A model generated the notes under the pieces. It was not told where the DNA came from, did no database searches, and worked only from the letters and a program-made list of their open reading frames with translations. From NCBI GenBank assembly GCA_038279365.1, contig JAYODI010000072.1:1-14851 (forward strand): DNA of 14,851 nucleotides, written 5' to 3'. Position 1 is the first letter of the stretch, and each line of letters opens with the position of its first letter. Source of the stretch: Candidatus Latescibacterota bacterium. Lineage in GTDB: Bacteria > Latescibacterota > UBA2968. Shown here piece after piece: positions 1 to 7,738 of the stretch. Both the position numbers and the translations under genes were made by a program.

Positions 1-139
1 AGTTGGCCTTTTTTAACGCTATTCCTCAAAGTTGCACTTATAACTTGAATTCAATCATTAAAAAAAGATCTGTAAAGTTTGTTTTTAAAAAGGTTACAAA
101 CGCGTGAGTGATGGTGATCATTCAAAAGGTGAACCTTTT

Positions 140-1339
140 ATGCCCGTCAATTTGAACCATTTTCAAGACCTTATTGAAAACAGCGTCCACATGATTATGA
201 GAACCGATCCCAATGGTTTGATTCTCTATGTGAACCCTGCTTGGCATCAGGCATTGGGATACCCAGGTGCTGCAGTTGGCATGCTTCGCATTATGGATCT
301 GGTGCATCCAGATTATGTGACAGATTTTGAAAAGCTGTTTCGCCAAGTGCTTTCGGGCAATAAACAGGCGCGTGTTGAAACCGCATTTTTGGCAGAAAAT
401 GGACACATGGTGACCATGGAAGGCAGTATGAGTTGCAGTTTTGTCAATCATCGCCCATATGCCATTCAAAGTGTGTTCCAAAATATTTCAGATCGCAAAA
501 GAGCCGAAGATATGCTCGTGCGTCAGGCAACGGAGTTGTTGCGGGTACACAATTCGTTAGAAGCGCGTGATCGTGAATTGGCCGATACTTTAGAACAAGC
601 CCGCAAATACCGCGAAGCACAAAAACGGGCAGAAGAGTTGTCGGAAATAAACAAAGAGCTGACAGCAGAAGTTAAACGTCGCCAAGAGGCGGAAGCGGCC
701 ATTCGGGTCTCTTTACAAGAAAAAGAAGTGCTGTTAAAAGAGATTCATCACCGTGTAAAGAATAATTTGCAGATTATCTCAAGCCTGCTTCATTTGCAGT
801 CGGGTTATATTGATGATGAACGTACCTTGCAAATGTTCAAAGAGAGCCAAAGTCGTATTCAGTCGATGGCACTGATTCACGAAAAACTCTATCAATCTGG
901 AGATTTGGCACGGGTTGATTTCTCGGAATATATGGACAGTTTGGTCAGCTTCTTAACGCGGTCATATGGGGCAGGGGGGGTAGGTGTTTCACTGGATGTG
1001 GCACCTGTATTTCTGAGTTTAGACACCTCTATTCCATGTGGTTTGATTGTGAGTGAGTTGGTGTCCAATTCGTTTAAATATGCTTTTCCAGAGGGGCATT
1101 CGGGGCATATTTATGTGGCGTTAAAGCCCATTGATGACGAACATTATGAACTTTGTGTGGGAGATACGGGTGTTGGGTTTCCTGAAGATGTGGATTTTCG
1201 AGAAACCGAATCATTAGGACTTCAGTTGGTGACAACGCTCGCCAGTCAGTTAGATGGCAAAATTGCACTGGATCGGCGTCGGGGCACAGAATTTCAGATC
1301 CGTTTTCGGGTACATAAGTCCGATCGAATAAAGAAGTAG
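140..1339 (+). CDS. Cytoplasmic PAS-domain sensor histidine kinase, HisKA_2 family
   Basis: N-terminal PAS (TDPNGLILYVNPAW..LGY..DLVHPD..ISDRKRAE), long coiled coil, H-box EIHHRVKNNLQIISSLL, N-box ELVSNSFKYAF, G1 DTGVGFP, SLGLQLV. No TM segment. ATG140 has SD-like AAGGTGA at 126-132; GTG104 is the alternative start. Confidence 0.93.
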   Translation: MPVNLNHFQDLIENSVHMIMRTDPNGLILYVNPAWHQALGYPGAAVGMLRIMDLVHPDYVTDFEKLFRQVLSGNKQARVETAFLAENGHMVTMEGSMSCSFVNHRPYAIQSVFQNISDRKRAEDMLVRQATELLRVHNSLEARDRELADTLEQARKYREAQKRAEELSEINKELTAEVKRRQEAEAAIRVSLQEKEVLLKEIHHRVKNNLQIISSLLHLQSGYIDDERTLQMFKESQSRIQSMALIHEKLYQSGDLARVDFSEYMDSLVSFLTRSYGAGGVGVSLDVAPVFLSLDTSIPCGLIVSELVSNSFKYAFPEGHSGHIYVALKPIDDEHYELCVGDTGVGFPEDVDFRETESLGLQLVTTLASQLDGKIALDRRRGTEFQIRFRVHKSDRIKK

Positions 1340-1390
1340 CAAGATGTTGGCATCACTTATGGGTTTGAGCTGTTATCATACACAAAGATG

Positions 1391-1418
1391 CGCCACTTAT
1401 ATCTAAGTGGCGTTTTTT
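1391..1418 (+). terminator. Intrinsic terminator after the kinase
   Basis: CGCCACTTA-tatc-TAAGTGGCG (9-bp stem) followed by T6. Confidence 0.85.
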
Positions 1419-1608
1419 AATTTTAATGGCTGATATGGTGCATGCCTGGTCTTTTGGCGCAAATATGCGTCATATCAAGCACTTTGGGTTCAAAAATGAA
1501 AATGTGTGGTTTTGAACCATTTAATTTTTTTAAAAAAAATAGTATAAAGTGTTGGTATTTATTGATATGATCATGTAATTTATGAATTGTGTTCGAAATT
1601 TGTCTAAT

Positions 1609-1625
1609 TGGGTACGGGCTTTGCA
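1609..1625 (+). promoter_or_regulatory. Putative sigma54 (-24/-12) promoter of the lipoprotein-TPR-kinase operon
   Basis: TGGGTACGGGCTTTGCA: GG(1611-12)-N10-GC(1623-24), close to TGGCACG-N4-TTGCW; AT-rich tract and palindromes upstream. Confidence 0.65.
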
Positions 1626-1725
1626 TATATAAATATCTAACACAAATCATTGTGATGTAGATCATATCGCACGGTAATTAAAACAAGCACATTCTATGCA
1701 AAGCCAACATTCCCCTGGAGGCAAT

Positions 1726-2442
1726 ATGAAAAAAATGAAACCATACATGCGCAGATCACGTTTTTTGTCGGTTGCGATTCTAATTGCGTTTATGACTGTG
1801 GTGGGGTGTGGTGAATTAAACCACTCACCAATGGGCACACAGGAGTCGTCTGAATTACAAACGGCTACAGAGGCACCGGCTGGTTATTTGGTGTTTTCAC
1901 CATTCATGGCCAGGCAGGTTGCTGCAAAGACGGTCAAAGTATCGGTTGGTCAGGCTTTTACGCACAGCGTGACAAAGGGTTTTGAATTTGATGAAAATGA
2001 GAAATTAGAGATTGAATTTGATGCTGAGAAACGTTCTTGGAGTGATTGGAAGGATAGGAATGCCACAATTGGGGTCGAAAAGGCCACATTTTTTGTTCGG
2101 AAAAATTCTATTGATATCTCAGAACTGACCAAAGATCAAATTTCAGAGTATGTGCATCGAAAAGAAATTGATATCACCATGGCTGTTTCTTCTGGTACGA
2201 CATTGGAAGAGGTGGCTGTGGGGTTTGGTCCTTCGGGTCTCTTGTTTCGTCCGTCTGCAAAATTGGAGATACAGCTTACGGGTAATCTCAAGGGTTTGAT
2301 TGCTGAAGGTCAAAGTTTTGCCTACCACATTGATGCAGATGGTAGCATTACAAAAGTGGAGATGGAGGTCGATGTTAATTCAAATGGTGCAAAGTTGCGT
2401 ATTGAAGTGCCAGGCTTTTCACGTTATACAATTGACGATTAA
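1726..2442 (+). CDS. Putative lipoprotein with ZU5-like domain (paralog 1)
   Basis: GGAGG at 1717-1721 before ATG1726 (ORF track starts at 1696). Basic N-terminus, hydrophobic stretch, lipobox VVGC. FGPSGLLF..AKL motif; C-terminus VPGFSRYTIDD. ZU5 assignment is by motif resemblance only. Confidence 0.7.
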   Translation: MKKMKPYMRRSRFLSVAILIAFMTVVGCGELNHSPMGTQESSELQTATEAPAGYLVFSPFMARQVAAKTVKVSVGQAFTHSVTKGFEFDENEKLEIEFDAEKRSWSDWKDRNATIGVEKATFFVRKNSIDISELTKDQISEYVHRKEIDITMAVSSGTTLEEVAVGFGPSGLLFRPSAKLEIQLTGNLKGLIAEGQSFAYHIDADGSITKVEMEVDVNSNGAKLRIEVPGFSRYTIDD

Positions 2443-2481
2443 GTTCAATGGGTCATCTTAGTTTATTTCGCGGAGGTTCAC

Positions 2482-3069
2482 ATGTTTTCAAAGATTTTCA
2501 AACGTACGATGGTGGGTGTGTTGACTTTGGGGTTGGCATTGGTCATAAACGGGTGTGGTCAGGTCGATCAAGCACCTGTTGCCTCTGATGTGGCACAAGC
2601 AGAAGGCATCTCATATATCGCATTTTCACCACAAGCACCCTTTCGGGCTGCCAAATATAGTGATGGTGGTATCCTTGTCGATTCCGACTTGATAGGTGCC
2701 GCAGGTGATACATTGTATGTCGAAGATTTGGGTGATGAAGGCCCTGCCGATGATTTGGCACTTAACTTTGAAGTGTTTGCTGGTGGCTTAGACAGTGAGC
2801 ATCAAATTACGATGACAGTGACCAAAGGGTCGTTGTCGCAGGTTGTGGCTGCTTTTCAACCCGTTGGTTTGAACTTTTTGATTGATTCAGAACTTCAGTT
2901 TATTGTGGGTAGTGACCTGGTTGATGTGGATTTGTCTTCGTTGATCGCTTGGCATATTCACGGTGATGGTTCTGCCGAACATGCACAAATGTGGGCCGAA
3001 GTGGTTGGCGACAAAACGATTGTACACGTGAAGGTGCCTGGTTTTTCACGGTATTCTATTGACGATTAA
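2482..3069 (+). CDS. Putative lipoprotein with ZU5-like domain (paralog 2)
   Basis: GGAGG at 2472-2476; signal peptide ending INGC. IGAAGDTL..FEVFAGGL..ITM..FQPVGLNF pattern resembles ZU5; C-terminus VPGFSRYSIDD. Confidence 0.72.
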   Translation: MFSKIFKRTMVGVLTLGLALVINGCGQVDQAPVASDVAQAEGISYIAFSPQAPFRAAKYSDGGILVDSDLIGAAGDTLYVEDLGDEGPADDLALNFEVFAGGLDSEHQITMTVTKGSLSQVVAAFQPVGLNFLIDSELQFIVGSDLVDVDLSSLIAWHIHGDGSAEHAQMWAEVVGDKTIVHVKVPGFSRYSIDD

Positions 3070-3125
3070 GCGTTGATTGTTGCAAAAGTATTCTCTGTTT
3101 TGGTTTTTATTGAGAAAGCATTCCA

Positions 3126-4319
3126 TTGGCTGATCACACCAACATATCGGCTCTGATAGGCAATTTAACAGAGCTGCAAAAAGACCTCAAGGTTGAAGAC
3201 ATATTGGCACAAGCCTTGTCTGAACCCATGCCCACCGAAGAACGGTTGCGGCAGGTTGAGCAGGCGCTTGAGACCTTTAAGAGTCTGGGAATCTTGGGGG
3301 GTGAAGATGCGCGTGATTTGCATTTGTTGCTCACTTTAGGACGCACCTATGAGCGTTTGTCACACTTTGAAAAAGCCTACGAGACCTATGAAACGGCTTT
3401 GAAGTTGGCAGAGCGCCACGATGATGCGGCGAGTAAAGCGGAGTTGTTTAGCCAAATGGGGCGGGTGCTCACACGGTGGCAGCGTTGGGATGAGGCGGTT
3501 CATTATCTTGAACAAAGCAGTCAGGTTTATGAAGCACTCGGTGATGTTTTGGGTCAGGTACAAACGATTGTGCGCCGTGGCACTGTGTATTTAGAGCAAG
3601 GCAACTATGAGGCCGCCCAAGAGGTATATGAACAAGCTTTGCAATTGGGTGAGCAAATAGACGACAAAAAAACGATTGCCCGGGTAAATAACAATATGGC
3701 AATATTGGCCACCATCCAGGGCAATATGGATGAGGCCATTGCAAAGTATGAAGCTTGTTTGGTGATGTATGTTGAGTTGGGTGATGAACGTGGTATGGCA
3801 AGTGCTTATCACAATTTGGGTATGACCTACGCCGATTTGGAAGATTGGACATCGGCGATGGATGCCTATGAAAAAGGTTTTGAAGTGGCTCAAAAAAGCA
3901 GTCACTTAGACATTATGGCCAATATTCACCTGAGTATGGCCGAGGTGATGCTCGAAATGGGCAACAGCATGATGGTTCCCATGTGCTGTGCACGCGCTCT
4001 GGATATTTATCGCAAAACAGGAGATCGGTTGGGTGAGGCAGATGCCTATCGGTTGCTGGGTCGCACGTTTGGCATGCGCAAAGACTGGGACACGGCAAAT
4101 CAGTTGTTTAAAGACAGTTTAACACTCAATGAGGAACACAGCAATCCGTTGGGGGTTGCAGAAACACAACGCGATTGGGGAAAGATGCTGATGAATCGTG
4201 GCCTAAAAACAGACGCACAACACATGTTAGAGGTTGCACAGATAGGGTTCGAAAAATTGGGTGCGCAGGCCGATGCCCAAAAGGTGGAAACGGCTTTGGA
4301 AGAACTCAAACAAATTTAA
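3126..4319 (+). CDS. Tetratricopeptide repeat protein (8 tandem 40-aa repeats)
   Basis: TTG start. Eight consecutive repeats with an exact 40-residue period, e.g. AYHNLGMTYADLEDWTSAMDAYEKGFEVAQ. No signal peptide and no recognisable catalytic or HTH domain. Confidence 0.9.
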   Translation: MADHTNISALIGNLTELQKDLKVEDILAQALSEPMPTEERLRQVEQALETFKSLGILGGEDARDLHLLLTLGRTYERLSHFEKAYETYETALKLAERHDDAASKAELFSQMGRVLTRWQRWDEAVHYLEQSSQVYEALGDVLGQVQTIVRRGTVYLEQGNYEAAQEVYEQALQLGEQIDDKKTIARVNNNMAILATIQGNMDEAIAKYEACLVMYVELGDERGMASAYHNLGMTYADLEDWTSAMDAYEKGFEVAQKSSHLDIMANIHLSMAEVMLEMGNSMMVPMCCARALDIYRKTGDRLGEADAYRLLGRTFGMRKDWDTANQLFKDSLTLNEEHSNPLGVAETQRDWGKMLMNRGLKTDAQHMLEVAQIGFEKLGAQADAQKVETALEELKQI

Positions 4320-5881
4320 TGCATAAGCAGGTTGTGTTAATGAATAGTACGCGTATTTTGGTGGTAGAAGACGAGCAAATTGTATCCAAAGACATTCAAC
4401 TGCGGTTGAAGCGTTTTGGATACGAGATTGTAGGTGCTGTTGCTTCCGGTGAAGATGCCATTGCATTGGCCAAAGATACGCGGCCTGATTTGGTTATGAT
4501 GGATGTGATGCTCAAAGGTGATATGATGGGCACTGAAGCAGCTGCCGTGATTCACCGTGAGTATGATATTCCGGTGATTTATTTAACTGCTTATGCCGAT
4601 CAAAACACTCTCAATCAAGCCAAAGTAACCGAACCTTATGGGTATGTGCTCAAACCATTTGATGAGCGCGAGTTGCAAACTGCCATTGAAATGGCGCTGT
4701 ATAAATATCGTGCTGAAAAGGAAAAACAAGCATTAAAAGAACAATTGTTACAAGTACAAAAACTTGAGGCCATTGGTCATTTGACCACTGGTGTGGCGCA
4801 TAATTTTAATAATGCACTCAATGTCATTATTGGCAATTTAGAGTTGGCTCGGATGCATGCCGATGATACCATATTGCCCTATTTGAATAGATCTCAAAAA
4901 GCTTCGGAGGGAGCCGCTCGCATTGTGGATGGGTTGTTGGCTTTTTGTCGTGAAAGAAAAATGAAACAGGATGTGTTTGATGTGTGTGGGGTTGTTTGTG
5001 AGGCGGCAGATATGTGTCGCCAATCTCTTAAGGGCGAAATGAACTTACAGGTTCATGTTCCCGATGAGACATTTTTTGTTGTTGGCGATGACAATCATAT
5101 TCAACAAGTGATTTTGAATTTGTGTCTAAACGCCCGTGATGCGGTTGAAGAAATTGAAGATGCACGTGACCCGCAAATAGATGTGCACATCCAAAAAATT
5201 GAGCGTGCAGGTGTTCAATATGTATGCATTTTGGTTGAAGACAATGGCATTGGGATGCGCGAAGATGTGAAGCAACATATTTTTGAACCTTTTTTTACGA
5301 CCAAGCCTGTTGATCGGGGTACGGGTTTGGGATTGGCAACCGCATATGGGATTGTCAATGATCACCATGGATGTATTGCTTGTACCAGCGAAGAAGGTGT
5401 TGGCACGACGTTTTCTGTTTATTTGCCATTGACGGACAGTCACGTTAAAGATATAGAAGTGATAGCCCCTCCCCCATCTATTAATCATATCAAGGATGCA
5501 CGAGAAGATGCGCGGGGCCATACGGAAACGATCTTGGTTGTGGAAGATGAAGAATTGGTGCGGCGCACCACAACGGAATTGCTCAAGATAAAAGGATACA
5601 AAATTATTGAGGCTGTGGATGGACGGGCTGGGTGGGAAGTTTTTCAGGCACAAAAAGATGAAATTGATTTGGTGATGTTGGATTTGTCTATGCCGTGGAT
5701 TTCGGGTTTGGAATTGCTCAAGTTGATTATAGATCTGGCCCCAGATACACGGGTGATTATTGTGACGGGTAACCCGCCTGAAAGTATTTTGGCCCCTGGT
5801 GCCAAAGCTGTTTTGGCAAAACCTTTGATGCCCAACTTGATGTTTGATTTGGTTCGCCGTGTCCTAGATGATGAGGAGTGA
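4319..5881 (+). CDS. Hybrid histidine kinase/response regulator (REC-HisKA-HATPase_c-REC)
   Basis: REC1 ILVVEDE..MMDVML..LTAY..KPF; H-box GVAHNFNN; QVILNLCLNARDA, DNGIGM, FEPFFTTK, GTGLGLA; REC2 VVEDE..MLDLSMP..KP. Start is ATG4319 (TAATG overlap with the TPR stop) or ATG4340; the 4175 start in the ORF track lies inside the TPR gene. Confidence 0.93.
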   Translation: MHKQVVLMNSTRILVVEDEQIVSKDIQLRLKRFGYEIVGAVASGEDAIALAKDTRPDLVMMDVMLKGDMMGTEAAAVIHREYDIPVIYLTAYADQNTLNQAKVTEPYGYVLKPFDERELQTAIEMALYKYRAEKEKQALKEQLLQVQKLEAIGHLTTGVAHNFNNALNVIIGNLELARMHADDTILPYLNRSQKASEGAARIVDGLLAFCRERKMKQDVFDVCGVVCEAADMCRQSLKGEMNLQVHVPDETFFVVGDDNHIQQVILNLCLNARDAVEEIEDARDPQIDVHIQKIERAGVQYVCILVEDNGIGMREDVKQHIFEPFFTTKPVDRGTGLGLATAYGIVNDHHGCIACTSEEGVGTTFSVYLPLTDSHVKDIEVIAPPPSINHIKDAREDARGHTETILVVEDEELVRRTTTELLKIKGYKIIEAVDGRAGWEVFQAQKDEIDLVMLDLSMPWISGLELLKLIIDLAPDTRVIIVTGNPPESILAPGAKAVLAKPLMPNLMFDLVRRVLDDEE

Positions 5882-5930
5882 TCTCGTCTTTTAATTGAAA
5901 TATTTTATTGAATTTATCAAATTGTTGCCG

Positions 5931-5975
5931 AATAAACAAACGCGGTTGCTCAACATGAGCAACCGCGTTTTTATT
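5931..5975. terminator. Bidirectional intrinsic terminator between convergent genes
   Basis: Perfect 15-bp inverted repeat AAACGCGGTTGCTCA-aca-TGAGCAACCGCGTTT (5938-5970), A-rich on the left and T-rich on the right. Confidence 0.88.
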
Positions 5976-6261
5976 TGTTTTTATAGAGGCTGTTTGCTTT
6001 ATAGACAAATGCGAGGAGTTCAGCTATGGTGCGATAAAGTTCGGGTGGAATTTCTTGGTCGAGATCTAACTTGGCCAACACGGCCACCAAATCGCGATCT
6101 TCACGAATGGGAATGTTGTGTTCTTTTGCCAGTGCAATGATGCGATCGGCAACTTCACCCTGCCCTTTGGCCACCAATTTGGGTGCATCTGTTTTGGCGG
6201 GGTCGTAACCGAGTGCGGCTGCGATGCGACGCAGTTTGGGGTTTTCTGAGGGATTGGGCAT
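5971..6261 (-). CDS. FlhB C-terminal-domain-like protein (FlhX/YlqH; EscU/YscU/HrcU family)
   Basis: AAALGY..APKLVAKGQGEVADRIIALAKEHNIPIRED..L..LDLDQEIPPELYRTIAELLAFVY is the stand-alone FlhB-CC pattern. Confidence 0.92.
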   Translation of the reverse strand: MPNPSENPKLRRIAAALGYDPAKTDAPKLVAKGQGEVADRIIALAKEHNIPIREDRDLVAVLAKLDLDQEIPPELYRTIAELLAFVYKANSLYKNK

Positions 6262-6268
6262 AAAGAAC

Positions 6269-6389
6269 GGTCTCAGGTTTGCAGGTCACAGGCATGGTTT
6301 TTCTGATTCGAACTTGTGACTTTCATACTTGCGACCCTGTTTTATGGTTCTGACATGAGACTTGCAGACTTGTGACCTGTGACCTGTCT
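6269..6389. repeat. Degenerate 7/8-mer repeats in opposite orientation at the two ends of the spacer
   Basis: CAGGTCACAGG (6282-6292) is the reverse complement of CCTGTGACCTG (6376-6386); tandem units CATGAGA CTTGCAGA CTTGTGA CCTGTGA CCTGTCT. Confidence 0.7.
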
Positions 6390-6390
6390 G

Positions 6391-7674
6391 TTATTCTTTT
6401 GGTTCAAACACTGCTTTGCCACCCAAGTAGGGGCGCAACACCTCGGGAACGATAACACTGCCATCGGCTTGTTGATATTGTTCGACAATGGCTGGGATGA
6501 GTCGGCTGGTGGCCAAGCCCGATGCGTTGAGGGTATGTGCAAAGGCGTTTTTGCCGGTGTCACTGCGTTTGTATCGGATGTTGCCACGACGGGCTTGGTA
6601 ATCGTTTGCATTGGAAGCCGAGCTGACTTCTTTAAATTCGTTCATGCTCGGAATCCATACCTCAATGTCATAGGTTTTGGCCATAGATGCACTGGCGTCT
6701 TTGGCGGCCAACTTAGAAACTTGATGATGTAAACCCAAGCCCTGTACGAGACGCTCTGCTTTTTCGATGAGTTCTTCTAGTGCGTTGTTGGAATCTTCGG
6801 GGCGTGTGTATTGAAACATTTCAATTTTGTTGAATTGGTGGCCACGAATCATGCCACGTTCTTGGGCGCGATAGCTGCCGGCTTCTTTGCGGTAACACGG
6901 TGTGTAAGAGAAGTATTTTTTGGGGAGCTCATCTTCGGGAATAATTTCGTCTCTGTGAAAGTTGATAAGCGCTGTTTCGGAAGTGGGCAGTAAAAATTGA
7001 ACTTTTCCATCGTCATTTTTAAGATGAAACACATCATCGGCAAATTTGGGAAATTGCCCCGCGGCATATCCACAGGCTTCATTTAGGATGTGTGGGGGCA
7101 ACACAAATTCATATCCATCTTGGGTGTGCTGATCCATAAAATAATTAAGCAAAGCCCATTCAAGTCGGGCACCATCGCCAATGTAGAGCCAAAAACCGGT
7201 ACCGCCCATTTTGACACCACGTTCGTAATCGATAAGGCGAAGGGAAGTTACAAGGTCTACATGGTCTTTGGGTTCAAAACCAAAAACGGGCAATTCTCCC
7301 CAAGTGCGTACGACCTGATTGTTTTCTTTGCCACCGGCCACCACATCATCTGCGGGCATGTTGGGCAATTCGTCAAGAAAGTCGTGAATGTTTTGTTCGA
7401 TTTGCGATAAATTGCTTTCGATGGTTTTGATTTGGTTCGAGACTTCTTTCATTTCTTGCTGGAGAGACGTGGTGTCTTCTCCGGCTTTTTTCATTTTTGG
7501 GATTTGACCTGAAACGGTGTTGCGCTTTTCACGCAAAAGCCCCACTTGGGTAATAAATTCTCTGCGTTGTTTGTCCCACAAAAGCAGTTCTGTAAAGTCA
7601 ACGCTGTCCATGCGTTTGAGCAGGGCTTGGCGTACGGCTTCGGGATTTTCTCTGATGAGGTTGATGTCCAGCAT
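6391..7674 (-). CDS. serS: Serine--tRNA ligase
   Basis: MLDINLIRENP start with GGAG SD, N-terminal coiled-coil arm, LLPTSE, YRKEAG, RGHQFNKIE, TYDIEVW, EVSSASN, HTLNASGLATSR. Confidence 0.98.
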   Translation of the reverse strand: MLDINLIRENPEAVRQALLKRMDSVDFTELLLWDKQRREFITQVGLLREKRNTVSGQIPKMKKAGEDTTSLQQEMKEVSNQIKTIESNLSQIEQNIHDFLDELPNMPADDVVAGGKENNQVVRTWGELPVFGFEPKDHVDLVTSLRLIDYERGVKMGGTGFWLYIGDGARLEWALLNYFMDQHTQDGYEFVLPPHILNEACGYAAGQFPKFADDVFHLKNDDGKVQFLLPTSETALINFHRDEIIPEDELPKKYFSYTPCYRKEAGSYRAQERGMIRGHQFNKIEMFQYTRPEDSNNALEELIEKAERLVQGLGLHHQVSKLAAKDASASMAKTYDIEVWIPSMNEFKEVSSASNANDYQARRGNIRYKRSDTGKNAFAHTLNASGLATSRLIPAIVEQYQQADGSVIVPEVLRPYLGGKAVFEPKE

Positions 7675-7738
7675 AAAAACTCCAAGGAAATCACAAAACA
7701 AGAAACGGCATGTTAAAGCGGGTTCTTGATGTGCTGTT

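Noticed and set aside
3-19. sigma54-like TTGGC...GC upstream of the first kinase
   Set aside because: Spacing is GG-N11-GC, not the required N10.
73-99. sigma28 -35 TAAAGTTT
   Set aside because: No GCCGATAA-like -10 at the right distance (GGTTACAA).
974-980. Homopolymer tracts as phase-variation sites (G7 here; also T8 at 11161-11168 and C7 at 13192-13198)
   Set aside because: Short, all three genes are in frame, and there is no evidence of length variation.
1423-1665. 80-aa minus-strand ORF
   Set aside because: Lies in an AT-rich promoter region with no SD or recognisable motif; likely spurious.
4175-4318. N-terminal extension of the hybrid kinase in the ORF track
   Set aside because: Overlaps the TPR gene in another frame and has no domain features; the REC domain starts after 4340.
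5126-5653. 175-aa antisense ORF and the other ORFs nested in annotated genes
   Set aside because: Shadow frames of well-supported genes, with no independent motifs.
1726-5881. Anti-phage defence or toxin-immunity interpretation of the lipoprotein-TPR locus
   Set aside because: No nuclease, NTPase, protease (CHAT/caspase) or toxin domain is visible; signalling fits better.
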